64,000 bases of DNA from the NCBI GenBank assembly GCA_965235115.1, contig OZ249436.1, positions 7,442,001 to 7,506,000 on the forward strand, in the 5' to 3' direction. The DNA is from Laetmonice hystrix. Its lineage: Eukaryota. Shown piece by piece: positions 1 to 14,100 of the stretch. The first letter of the stretch is position 1. Each line of letters opens with the position of its first letter. Both the position numbers and the translations under genes were made by a program. The notes beneath the pieces were generated by a model, which worked only from the letters and a program-made list of their open reading frames with translations, was not told the origin of the DNA and did not search any database.

Positions 1-2837
1 TTACAGGAAATCTCCCTGTATTTTCATACCCTTAGCACATCAACTTTAGTTAAGCTATTGATTAAAGTAATTCCTTCTCATCAAGTGAAGTGCGTTGTCA
101 CTATTGTAGACAAAGGTAGTTCTGTGCAGTTTTTCCAGAAGCAAAACCTAAGCAGACAAAAAATACAGGGGCTTCTAACTTTCCTAGGAGGTTTGTTTAA
201 TTCTTCTTCCCCGTTTATGAAGCAGACTTCTGGTTTACGTGTTTTGGGTACTTATTCTCTAGCCTAATGATTTTTAAAAGACACCATAAGTTTGGATGGA
301 TAAAATTATCCCAACCAGTCAGCTCTTGTGGTCAGAAAGGAAATGCTTCTAGGAATTCCTAGAATACAATATAGTCTATCCGAGATGAGTGATTAGTAAA
401 GATTTTCTTACAGACAGGATATTCGGCTTCATGACCTTTTTCTTAAATTGGCCGTTTCAATCCAAGTACACCGGAAGTCGCCTTGTGGAACTAGGTCTCC
501 ATCCAGTCTGTGAAATGTCAGCCGACCGATCACAGCTCACCTACAGAACGCCTGACACTGATTAGCATGCCTCCCCCCCTCACAATCTCCTGGTCCGAGA
601 CTAGGGGAGGGGGCATTGCACACTGCCACTGGCATTCCGAAACCAATCCCATGTACGCCACCCTACCAGGGCCGTTGTAATTCCAATCTCAACTTTTCCA
701 AACTGGTGAGCCTACCGATGCTACGGTCTCAACAGACTTTATACTTACTGGAACTCGATAAAATATTGTAGAACAAAGAATAGAGGAGACCACCAAACTC
801 GTATGACCTGGTACGTATTTGCAAATGCTTTAAAAACGGCAATATAAAACATAAAGGTACTAATATAAACTGATGTAAATTTAAACTTGCATTTTAACGT
901 AATACAGATAAATTCCTAAAATATGTTTTGCATTATATATGCGTGACGCGAAAATGAAATAGATAAGTGTATATCTGTTATTTTAACTTTTTTTCTACTC
1001 TCAGCCGAGTTGTTCTTTCAGAGTGTGTGTTCCAGCAGTCATCAGTTGCTCTCCATTTCCTGCCAGAGTTACAGCCTTACGATCATGTTGGTGTCTCAAA
1101 TGCCCAGCAGGAGGCCATAAAGACCAGGTTCCAATGGGTGCATGTAAATAAACCTATACGAATTAACCTCTTTATCAAACCGTTATCACAAACAGGTGTA
1201 CAATACCATAAATAAGTGCTTTCACTGCCGAACCAATCTCGCCCTGATTTAAAGCCTGGACGTTTTCTTTAAAACTTTTCTCTGGAATATAAAAAGAAAT
1301 GCAATAAATCTTCATAACTACCGTTTATGCTTTCAGGTGTTAAACTCCCTACATTTGAAATTTTCAAGACAGATTTGAATGCATAGAGACATGGGCGCCG
1401 TCAGCAATTTACTTGCGGGGGAAAAAAAGGTTCTGTAGCCGTCCGACCGTTGGTCCGACTGACCACAGAAACCGCGATGTGGTAAAAGTTTCCTATCGAT
1501 GGTCAGGAAGTGGTGAGGGTGACGTGCGAGGGTAGGTCTACAATCTGAGTTCTGGAAGCGGTCACCAACCACGCCCTTGACCACACCTCAGTCATCCAGC
1601 CCTTAACTGTTTCCACCCTGCGCTCACCCTCCGTGACCCCTGGGGGGTAACATTACCCTCATCAACCTGTCCGAAATAAAACCCTGCCGTTTTTCACCGA
1701 TAAACGTAGTCTAAACTAGTAATATTATCCGAAACCTTACCTCTCTCAAATCACAAAGCAAAAATCAGGCGATTGTTTCTTTGCTTTTTGGGTAGGCCTT
1801 ATAATTAACAATTACCACAACCAAAAGGACGTATCAATACATTTAGGCAAGCTAACGCCCGCTGGCTTCATTAGACTTGACCTGTCGAAACCCACCACAT
1901 CACACTTCACCATGAACGGAATTGATCTCCTGACCCCAGGATTCGACTGCAACAGCCGTTCACCCTTCCTTGACCCATCTTCACTTCACCCTGACCCCTG
2001 GGTCACAACTCTTGTCCAATAAACTGATGGCCTGGACTGGCACCAAAACCATGTCAAGCTTGAGACAGCTTCAGAATTTGATCTATCCGGCAGTTAGCGA
2101 GTAGTAAAGGGAGAACACCTGTGGGTTTCTGACTTAAAGCCACTCTACTCGACCCTGTGAGAAAGCACGGCGCTATTTTTGTGATCCCACCTGGTCATAA
2201 AACAATATCAAAGAGAAGAATGTCCAACAGGGACCACTGAGGTCAACAAAGGTCAGCGCCAAATGACATGTACAATTAGTTTAATAAATCAATCCTGCAG
2301 CCATGTAGGCAGAGTGCGTTAGACTCATCACCTTCACCACTTGCATGCCTTTTAAAAATTAACAGTGTGAAAAAAATAATCACATGTACCTTTCTATTAA
2401 TTAGAGAAAAGATCTGCTTTCCTGACAGTGAAGTCTTCTGGTTAAAAATATCGCACATGATTTTTTAAAAAGCCCAATTTGTCAAGTGATAACTTGGGAT
2501 ACTAACACGATAATCCAGGATTTTTGGAAGCTGGATAAATATCAACAAGATAACATCGGAATATTTCTTCTCGACTAAAAATGACAACCGTCAGCTATTC
2601 CCAAGAAAAAGCTGCTACACTATCGGACGTATCGTAATACTTGGTGACAGCTGCTTCAACCAAGAGGGAAGTCATGTGTGCTTCCATATAATTTACGGTG
2701 GCAAACGACATCTCACATTGTAGGTTTATAAATTTTACAGATCGTGTATTCGGTTATAACCCCATCCAAAACATTTAAACCAAATGAGGGGAATGAAATA
2801 CTGTTGAATTACATTTCTTACATGATTACATTTCCCA

Positions 2838-3256
2838 CTGCCCAGGCTTTCCTGGAGATTTTTTGAGGGGGGGGGGGGGGCAGAGTACTGCAAACTATTT
2901 CCCTCTGGAATTTTTTTTTTGTTGGGGGGGGGGGGAGTAGCTGAATAATGGGGGGGGGTCTCCCCCCCCCAAAAAAAAAGGGCTTGCAGGAAACCCTGCC
3001 ACTGCCTCTTTCATGAATGAAGATACTGGTGTATAGTCTTCTGCCCAGGCTTTCCTGGAGATTTTCGAGGGGGGGGGGATGCTGTGAGTTTGGGGGGGGA
3101 CAGAGTACTGCAAACTATTTCCCCCTGGAATTTTTTGTGGGGGGGGGGGGAGTAGCTGAATAATGGGGGGGGGGGGCTCCCCCCCCAAAAAAAAGGGCTT
3201 GCAGGAAACCCTGCCACTGCCTCTTTCATGAATGAAGATACTGGTGTATAGTCTTC
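2838..3256. repeat. Tandem duplication (about 205-215 bp unit) comprising the MITE plus its right flank
   Basis: Unit 1 about 2838-3041 and unit 2 about 3042-3256 share the MITE and the flank CCACTGCCTCTTTCATGAATGAAGATACTGGTGTATAGTCTT. Confidence 0.9.
2843..2998. mobile_element. hAT-like MITE with 8-bp TSD
   Basis: Ends CAGGCTTTCCTG ... CAGGAAACCCTG; flanked on both sides by CCACTGCC (2835-2842, 2999-3006). Confidence 0.75.
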
Positions 3257-6200
3257 CTAATACCGGAACGATCAGTAAAGTTTCCTCATCTTTTAGGCGC
3301 TACACATGTCCCTTATGGTTCGGTGTAAACGAGGCCCACTTTCTATGCTTGATCAGTAGGCCGTCCCTGCCTGCCACTCCACTGGTCCGCCCGGTACCAT
3401 GCTACTGGCAGACCGAATACCGGGCAAACTAGTGCCACGACCAGCTGTCAATTTAGTCTTCCCCTAACACTTTCATTGCAAAAATGTTTACAAAATTTCT
3501 ATTCTAGAACGATGATACTCTTTTGGTTTATTCATTATAAGAAACAGAAAAAGAGGAAGAAAAAAACAAACAAATAAATAGAAAATCTGAGATATAAATA
3601 ACAGTTGGTGAGTTTCCTTTAATTCAGCGCAGACTATGATGCCTCGATCACTGTCCCACACAAACCAGAAGGGTAAACCTAGACATGTTACCAGAGATGC
3701 AAAAGCGCGGAAATATGGCGAAAAAAAATTACCCATAAACATTTCCAAATACTGACGTTTGGTTGTCATTTTCAGGGGGGTATTCTTACTACCTAAAATG
3801 AGACACGCATATTCTTCATAGCTTGGACGCATATTATTGGTTGGTTGGTTTATTTTTACCCCTTACTGTCCAACCTGTCATCTGATTATATTTAAAATAT
3901 TGGCTTATCAAAGTGATGTGGCAAAAATACTGCATTGCGAGTTGAGGACAAGTCAGTCTGAGTTACAGACCACTGAACATACAGTGTTGAATCGGTAAGA
4001 TCACAGAAGCTATATCGTACATCTTGTACAGCCTCAACTTTTACGACCCGCTCGTGGTGCCATAAACCTGGCCAAAACATCGGTGTTGTAGTTAGGAAGT
4101 ACAGCTCACTATCGCCAGGCCCACCAGAAAAAAAAAATTGGCAGGTGAGAAAAAAAAGATATCGAAAAAGTTCTGTCCTCTTTATGTAACAATATATCCC
4201 ATAAATCATTTTTTGTTTATGAACAATAAGTGATGGTTCACACCAAAGACACTTTTTAATTTTTCTTTCTGCTCATTTTCCAAGCTTGCAATTTGAAACC
4301 AGAGAACTGTGGTAAAAAGGTTTTTGAGTAACCCATTGCTACTGTTCTAACTAGACCAGTACCATTAGCAGCAACATAACATATTTCTAACATCTTTCCA
4401 AGTAAAAGTAAAACGAAATCCTTTACACAACTACAGCCTATGTAATTTGAAATAATTATCCGCACATCCCCTTCCCTGCCGGGCTTGAAGCTCCTTATTA
4501 AAACGGTTGATAACTCAGCAATCACCATCATTCAGACCTACAAGTTTTACGAGATGATAGAGGGCTGCCCCCCTGCGACCAGGCCGGTAATCACGGGTCT
4601 TACGTCATGACGTGGTTCCTCTTCTCCTAGTCCTAACAGTAATCACTGTGTGGTATTCCAACTCTCTACCGGTCGGCAGTAACTAAGGGAGGTGATCTGT
4701 CACAGAATGGATGGTCTGGACATCTATTACTCTATGTTGTTAATTACACTCAAACTAAATGAATCCCATTTCAATAAACAGCCATCACTAGAGTTTTAAA
4801 AGTTGTCCACAGTTGACTAAAAATATACATGTAACTGGATTTTCAATTAGACCTACTGAAAAAGAACAGATTTATTTTCAAGAACGCCTCGTATTTTCAC
4901 TATTTTGGCCATTAAATGCTTAAATATGTCAACAGATCATCCTGTTCTGGTTTTGTTATGATTCCAGCAGACAGCTGGCACCTAAAAATACAGGTCAATT
5001 TGGAGGCCGCCTCATTATGCTACATTATAATGTAATCTAAAATTATGGCGCAGGGGGTATTGTGATTCTTCAAAGGACACCGCCGTATGGCAAAAGTACT
5101 CAAACTAATCACAAATTAGATAGTTACAAACCAAACAGATACAGCAGCTGTTGGTATCTAATCCTTGGGGAACGGGTCTCTGAGGTGTACCTGCTCTTGT
5201 CTGGCTCCTGCAACCGATACACATCCTGATGCGATAAACTTTGAGAGGAGGGCTGTAGGGGGTGTGTTGGTTTAGGGGGGTTATCTGACAAATACCTACA
5301 AGATCACGGCAGAACACAGAGAAGGCGAATTTAGCACGGGGCTGGGACACTAATCATGCGAGAATCTCGGCATTGCAACAACGCAACGTCATCAGACGAC
5401 CACACACGCTCACTTAACCCTGACGTCTAGCGGCGGGCGGAGGCAGTACGCCCGTAACTCGGCTCGTATCAACGACTCTAACTCTACCTGATAAGCAGTC
5501 AATAAGCACCTTGTTCTACTGTAACACCATGATCTTGATGATTCAACATAAATCTTCTTAGCTTCAAATGACATTCACCTGTTCCCCAGCTCAGCCTGGA
5601 CCGCAGCATCAAGGAGACAATGATAGATTGGTCTAAAACCTGAAACACTTCCGAGGTGCTCAGCGTATTTCAAAACTGATCTGGTGTTAGGACTTACCTG
5701 TTACTGTGCCGCTACGCTAGACCACCAAAGTTTGAAAGACGACCCCGCAAAGGGCACTCAATATCAATCACAGTACTAGCTCCTTTTTTATTCACATTAA
5801 ATTTTTAAGATGAACTGTTTAAAAAGAAAGAGGGGAGGGAAAGAAAACGGTAAAGAAACATACGTGTTCATAAATGTAACTAGATGTATTCGTAGAATGA
5901 TGAAGGATACTTTACGGCATGATGACGAATGGCACTTTAGAAACCGCCGATTTCTCCAAGCGGTAATAATACAACATAATAAAAGCATAAAACTGACAGT
6001 TTGTGTGATGTTTGAAACCTTTGAACCCCTCCCAACCCACCACCCTCACTATCACCACCCTGAGGTTCCTTCACCACCAGACATCATAACCGCCCCATCA
6101 CATGCTGTCACGTGACCTCTCCTGGCTGACCCCTCACCTCAGGTGATAGTTCAGCCTCACTGGCCTTCCTCGTCAGTCAGATCACCTGGTCATGCTGACA

Positions 6201-9200
6201 TTTTAATAGTCTCTCTATAGATGAGTTTTCCCTTGCCGGTTCTCCTGGAATTCTCGATATCATGGTACATACTACACTATCACTGCAATCAACTTTCATT
6301 ATCTAATCGGGACTTTCATCTTCATCTCAAAAACAAGATAGGCCTGGTCATTTCAGATAGCACGTTTGAAACCTACTCTTTCTCTGCAATATTATTTGTA
6401 CTTTCGTTGGAGCTAGGAATGGGAATTCCTTTGTTGCGGTATTTGTGGCCTGATGATCAGCCAACCAGTGTCAGATCATGTTCTCTGGCACCCAGGGTGC
6501 CCACCTGCATCAGACTGTCAGTTCTGGGGCTAGAATTTAAACGAAAGTATTTTAAAAACCCGCCTAGAAACTACCTGGAACCTGAGAGCAGGCCCGAAGA
6601 ACTTCACTCAAAAAAACGTGCACGGTGGCAACTGCCACAGTGCTAAATTTACTTCCTTCAGTTGCGATACTTCGTTCAATCATTTACTGACTCTAAAACT
6701 GGGTTACCCTCTTTTCCCTGTTTTTCCAGTTCATCCCCCTCTTTGAAAACATCGAAAAATATCAATAGAACGATAAAGTTTAGAGGGCTGATGATATGAG
6801 AGTTGACGAACAACATATTTTAGTTTCCGTTTCGTATCAACAACTCGGTCTTGGGTGATTCTGTAACGTTAGACCAAAGTCTTACGTTTCATGCAGTAAA
6901 AACTTTCTCGTTTTTGTCTTTTGGTTGTTTAAATGTTATTTCCTGAATGGTATATAAATATACTTTTGAATAATGAATACATCATATACGGTAATATCTG
7001 CTGTACCCCTGCTCCATTTGAAGCGGGCCACGCCTGTGCGGTTCAGACAGTTTCGGATTGTCCATGGACAGTTTCCCTACCTCATCCCATCCCTATGATC
7101 CAGTGCTGACTGACGGCATCACCTTCATGTTGGCTTGGAGAACCAGACATCTGCTAAAACGGACTCTTGTGAAAACAAGGTAAGAAACTTGAAATCAACG
7201 CTCGCTGTGCACAGACTCCATCAGTGCCCCCCCCCCCGCCCCCACCCTTCTTTTTTTCTCAGGTTCCCTCGAGATAGTTATTTTGCCTACTTGTTTGCCT
7301 CGTTCTGTAGGCTCAAATACGCAAGAAAATGATGGGAAAATACTTAAAGCTATCCGTATACTTTCCTTTTGAAAGAGGCTTTAAGTCATTGAGCGATGCC
7401 TAAGCCCTGAAACAGGGCGTTCTCGAAGGGTAGCTATGCCTTTAACCTGCAGAACTCCAGCACATCTATACCTTCCTAATATCTTGTGACTGTTGGTCTA
7501 CTTTACATCAGAATTGCTTGACCCTGCAAGCTACCCCACAAATGGCCTATTAGCGGGTATTAGCGGAGTTCCTGGGAAACCTTTAAGCCATGGTTTGATT
7601 TACAGATCTTGCTGTAATCATAGGAGGAGGCCTTGTCCTAGATTGACAGGTTGGCAGGTTCCTGGCATGATCTGTAGGGGACCAGCACTCCTTGACAGCT
7701 GAACTAGTCCCTTGCCAGATGGCGTGTGTTTATGTGCACCATTGCTTCATGCCACATGCATATTACTGACAGCAGCGGCGATGGGGGGGGGGGGGGGGGG
7801 GGGGGGCGCTCATCTCTCATGTGGGCGCGCCGAAACAGAGCCAGGCTCATGATCCAATCTACAGACTATCTCCAACCAGAGAGGTATCCCATCATCTGAC
7901 CGCCCAATACGAGGTCTGGGACACCGATTTAATATACAGCTACATGGTAAGCACATCAAGATAGTGATCGCCACAGTATTGAAGTATGTCAATAAGGGAA
8001 TCCAGGAATTGATATTATTAAAAGAATTTATTGCAGTTTTTTGTTTCTCAAGCCATTACAATTTATTGTACTCCACCAATCTGAGTCCTACATTTGAATT
8101 TATAGATCGCTACCTTACCGAGTACCAAGGGATTATGTGCTGCACATAACCCTAAGTATAAGATCACTTAACAGGGGTCCTTGCCCGTTTGGGGGGGGGG
8201 ACTAAAAAACAGTTCCCCCAAAGTTTACTTTTTCCCAAAATGTTATACCCTAGGTTACCCCCCCTCCAAGTCCTTCAACTGCCCCCCCCCCCTCTAAAAA
8301 GGTCAAATCCTCAAAGAAACCCCTGCTTAAAGTTAAATACAGTTTTTATACAGAACTGCAGGTTTTCAAATTCCATGCACTTTCAATGACCTTTCTGGAC
8401 CCCCCACCCTTTAAGGAAACAATTTTGTGGAAATTTATGACATAATAGACTAGGCACTTTAGAGGGAACCAAACAAGGATGCGCCAGAGATGACCTTTGT
8501 TACCTTTATTTATCTTTCAGGATTCCTAGGCTGAATTATGGGAAACTGAAATTCTACGAATCTATGGATCCTCTCTCTAGGACATGATAGTTCATCATGA
8601 TGGGGGAGACCTGCAGTTTGGGAATAACTATTTCTTACATCGCCCATTCTGGTTGCTAATATGATTCATGTGTGGGTAATCGTTAATCTGGACTGACATA
8701 ATATGTATTGGGCAGTCATCTGCCCGTTCAGCAGAAACTTTTGCTTATACATGTTTTACTTTTGACCTCATTGGCTCTAAGTACTGGCGTCTTTTGACTG
8801 TTTTTACAGCCTATATTTTATCGAGGCATGTCTTGGAATTATATTTCCTTTGGCCGGATGCCTGTGGGGAGGAATTATTCAGGCCAGGCTATGGAAGGAT
8901 GCAAAAGGTGCGCTTCCCTGTTGACCAGGAAAGGTTTTTGCCCTGTTTAGTCCTGAGGCCCATATTCCAGCCACCGAGTACCACATCTCTCAGCCTCGAG
9001 CTCTTGCTGACCACGCCACTAGACTAAACAGTCAGAAAAACCTTGGCTCATTCGCCTGGTATAGACCACCAGTACATACAGCTTATTTTCCAGGGCACAC
9101 CAGGAAAAAGGCCGAAAATACTGAGTACGTCTGGTGAGGAACCAGTTACAAGGCCATCACGACGTGTTGTTCGGAGCTACCACCAGGTGGGATAGCGTTG

Positions 9201-11075
9201 CTGCAGCTACGCACTGTTTACCATCCCCTAGTGTTCCAGGTTGAAAGCTTCACAGCCAAGAATTTATGCTATCTGTTTTTCTTGGCAACTGCTGGGCTGC
9301 TTCCTGGTGGCAAGGGGGAGGAAAATAGTCAGCGCGCATGGCCAGGCTATAAGCAAGTGGTTGTCAGTTGGCTTACGGCATAAACTCAGTACAGAAAAAG
9401 GTACACAAAAACTGACGTGTCCCTTCTTGGATGTGTGCTCTTGTTTTCACAAAGGTGACTAACATTAAACAAAGGATTGGCTAGGGTGTAGGAATTCTAG
9501 GAGGCCATGTGCCATTCATCTGGCTTAGGCTCCTGCTTCATGAGCACACTTTACACCCGCCAAGTGCCAGCCATTACTAACCACAATTACATATAGTAGC
9601 CCCTACTACTAGCCAGGAGCACTAGCCATTTACAGTAGGCATGAGGACATGCACTAATGTTTATTAGTACTGGGCACAAATACTAACCCATGCAGGATGC
9701 TAGCCCATGCTAGCCACTGCTACGAGAAGATATACATATCTATTGTATTAGTACTATTACACGTATGTCTATCAATTGCCATTAGTTTCATATATCCAGC
9801 AAACCGACACATTTGAGACCACTATAATTATAACGGTTTAATGCATGTAAACGACTTAAACACTTTACTCCCTAACCACGTCTCACTGCCTTCCCCCTCG
9901 GCAGTCAAGTCTGCTACTTTAGTCTCAACGTGTACTTGTGATAAATCTTAATATTACCATTAACGTTCCCTTTTAAATAAATTATTTTCCTCCTTTCGGC
10001 TATAAATCTGTGTGGCAGGGAGGCCTACCCATGTCAGTTAAACGCCGAATGGCCATTTTGTGGAATGGGCTAAACACGTTTGTAAAGGGGTAGAACCTCG
10101 TCAGAAATGTGGAGGGCGGTAGGCCCCTTGGCATTCCCCTGACTCTGAAATCTGAAGGTAAGAAACTCGTTGCTGCCTTGGGTTCACCATGTGGTACGGG
10201 GGAACCTGTCATGATGTCATGAATAAATGTTCATGCAGCCCAGAGGGCAGTCATAAAACAGGCCTGACACGGTCGTTTACACCTCCATGTAATGTGATGA
10301 AAATGGCCCGAGTATAACATGAGAAGGCCATCCTCCAAGGGCGAGGTAATATTGTTCATAGGGGCCCCACACACAGCCACCAACATGGGAGAGGTGCTAA
10401 ACACTGTCAACCCGCTGCTTCACACCCCCCTCTATACCCTTCGTCTCCTGTGTGCCTCCACGGTCTGTAATGGCTGTAGACCTCAACAGGTCTACATGGG
10501 GGCACACAAACAGGATTTCTTTTCGGGTTCTGTTGCCGTTGTAATTTTTTTTCCGGGTAATATTGAAAGTATCAGACGATGCTTGGGTTGGTACGAGACG
10601 GCACCTGAAGCTACGGTCTCCGCAAGGATTCAGGGTTCATGCCAATCTCTCAGGAATGTGTCAGAACAACTGCAGTTTCTGAGTTATGGTGCAAGGCCGT
10701 ATCCTGGCCCCACCTGAATCCACTGCCATCACCTGAACCCTATACAGCCTCCCACATCAGCAGGCCACTGCTGGGCTCAGCACCCACCCAGTGCAGCATT
10801 GTCTCCAATGTACGCAAACCAACAATTTATTTACCACCTGAACTCTGCACTGAAATTTATATACCTGTATGATTTTAGTCATCTTGCCTGTTAGTTATTA
10901 CGTTTAAGATTATATATCCCGTATATATATATACGGTGCACCTCCTAATATAGAACACAGATTGTCTACCATATATAACTTTTCGACACAATATTATATA
11001 GAGCGTATTCCCCTCTACGGCTTAGCTACAGGATTGTGAAGGCGTGACTATGGGAGTCTTCATCACAATCTCAAT

Positions 11076-11122
11076 CAGGGTGTCCCCCCAATTTTTTTAG
11101 GACTTTTTTTCTGGACACCCTG
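11076..11122. mobile_element. Tiny TIR element remnant
   Basis: CAGGGTGTCC ... GGACACCCTG inverted ends around a short T-rich core. Confidence 0.5.
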
Positions 11123-14100
11123 TATATACTGATTCATGGAGAGAAAACAAAAAACAAGCCAACTCCGATGATTGGTGCGAGACTGGTGGTTTTACGTCCT
11201 GTCAGTAAACTGTTGTACATTTTTAGGAAGCGAACAAATTCTTTTCAATTTTTCTGTTTAGTGATAATGAGATAATACAGCAGAATCCAGGATTTTTTTT
11301 AAAGGGGGGATGGGGGGGGGCAGACCTTTTAAGAATAGGCATTCATTACATTATTTTTTGAAATTCCTACTTGAAATAGCAAGAACGTTATTTAAACCAA
11401 AGAAACATCATTTAATCAAGCAGCCAAATAATGTAACATGGTCACATTATAATGCCACGGTTTTGGAATTGAAAAAAAAAACGATTTTTCGCAAACGGAA
11501 AGGGGGCACGTGCCCCTTGTGCGTCCCCCCCCCCCCCCCCCCCCCCGATCCTGAGTACAACACTGCAGAGACAGAGTATAAAACGCGACACTGGACGGTT
11601 TATGTCCAAGTGGCCAGTCTTTGTTTCGAACACAAAGTCCCGTAAAACGGGTTCAGGTTGTTTACATGTACCCGGACTCCACAGTCTCCGTTTTCGCTCA
11701 GGATGGCGAGAAAACCCGAGGCTCGGGGCGTGAACTAAGCGATACGTTTCCTCTGCATCGATGTGTGACAGCTTCGAGCGATAATACAACCTAGCTCTCG
11801 GGATCTTTACACCGGGCCTATCATACCCTAAGGGCCATCAATCTAATTTCTTGGGCTTCCTTTGAACCTCCATCTCGCGGAATGAGATACATCACCTTCC
11901 AGTTCGAAAACATTTACCCTGGCAGTGATACCAGCAACATTCATCCACAGGGGCGGCAGCTTTAAATCTTTATTTTTCTTGAATCAGGGCCGATCTGATA
12001 GAAATGATCCTATTCCCTGTCTCAAGAAACTGAATTTGCGAGCGCTTTATGGCCTACCGACCTGTCAAGTAATATTTAAAATACTGTCAAACTTCAGGTG
12101 TTGCCACCTCCTTCCCATATATAAACCATCAGTTATGGTTTAGGGGAGTTTCGACAAAAACAACCGCCGTCGACATTTGTCATAATGAAGGTGCTATGTG
12201 TGGAAGGGCGGGCATGTTTCAGGGTCGTTAACTATTCATGTAACTTATAAACGCATCGGTTCACATCTAAATGTGAAGGCCTTTCAAAGTAACCCATTCT
12301 GAAGTCGTCCACCCCCTATGAAAAGCCATCAGTAACTTATCAAATTAGCTAACAGATGACAACCATAAGGCTGAGAGAAAAAACCCACTGAAGGGTCCAA
12401 TATAGCGGGAGCATATTCTCTGTTGACACTGCGAATGGTACTAGTATACCAAGTATTGCAGAGAATCAGTCAGTGGGGGTTGATATGGGCTGGACTTCGA
12501 AAGAGTTGTCTAATATGTGTCTATCCTCATCAACCTTTGACAGTAAGTGTTAAACATCATATTCTTCATTCATGCCCTGTTCTGTACCGTTACTTTTGGG
12601 CAAAAATCACCGATAATTAAAATTAAAGACTTTCTATTGCCGCAAAATCGATCTCCACAACATCCACACTGTAATACTAATACATATACAATGTAGTAGA
12701 CCAGTGTATTTAGGAAAAGTTGTTTGTCTCCATTATTATCACATTCCGGCTACTGATATTGATATATCTGGGTAATAAAAAGTGTGTATCTGGCTGAAGG
12801 CTGCCGTAGATTAACTTGGCCATGGTTTACAGGCATAGCAAGTGGAAGCACTACCTAAGATAAAGCCGGATCTCTGGTCCTAGAAACCACTAATCTAACT
12901 TGTATTTACATATTGGAGCCTAGAAAATATCCAATACAGGACTGAAGCCAATCTGCAATACGGCTCTAAACACCTGAATTTAGTTGTTGAAGTCAAATGT
13001 CTAAACTTAGTCACGGCTGCATTGAAGTTCTTGGTCAGCGTATACGTATTGCCACCGTTAATGGTAACGACTATCATCAGGATAAGTTAAGCATGTCAAA
13101 AAGACGAGAAGGCATAGCCAGAATTTAAGAAATGATTTAGTCTGCAACCATGATAAAACATTAGCTACGAGAGACCAGAAATTTACTGAGATTTTTCTTC
13201 ATAATATCTGTGGTATGTTATCCCTGACTTAAAGAATCTGCCAATGCACGGTTCTACCTAGGAGGGTTATCAAGCCCGACTCAGTCCGGGCTCCACAGAA
13301 ACTACTGTCCAAATTTGTGATGCTCTATCCTAGCTCTATGCGTCTGTTCAACATTTGGACTGCCCATACAATATGATTATTTCGCTCATGGTGAAACCCC
13401 GGCGAAACCAAGTGTAGTATATAATAGGGTTTGGGTTATGGCTGAGCACAGATTGGGACAAGTTATGAGGTAAGACTGGTTACTGGAGATCGAGGCTCGG
13501 GTCAGGTTCATGTTGGATATAGTTTTACAGTTTTTTTAACACCACATTCCGAGGGGATGATACCAGAGGTGATCTATCTCTAATTATGATGATCAATATA
13601 CATTTTTGTAGATTTTGTTACGTAGGCGAGTATGATATGTGTTTTTATGTGTGCGAAAGAAATTGGGAGGGAGCGATAAAAAGAAATGCGGACTCGGCGT
13701 GTGCGTGAAGTGTGTTGCCTTTGCTGCACATGTATGCACCTTAGGCACATCCATGTGTATAAGTTGTAGTATTCTGTCGTCTTTAGTGGCATGCTTGAAC
13801 ACTGGCCTATATACACCCAGGCCCAGCTGGTTCCCCCAATAGGCGGGCCACGAACCGGAATTGGAAGATAAACAGCGTAGAAAACACGGCGTTCACTGTT
13901 GAAACAAATAACACGAGTAAACAAACATAATGCAACCATAAACAAACAGGGGACACTGGGATATTTAATCCGGTCAGGTATGCTGCTTTCCTCCGGGACA
14001 CAGTCAAAGACACCTAACGAAGACACTGCACCCTGCACCATAACTTCAACACTCACAACTATTTTGCCACCAAGTCTGTGCCAGACGCCAGAAAAAAGGT

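Noticed and set aside
2895..3229. Proline-rich ORFs
   Set aside because: Translation of poly-C tracts in the duplicated MITE.
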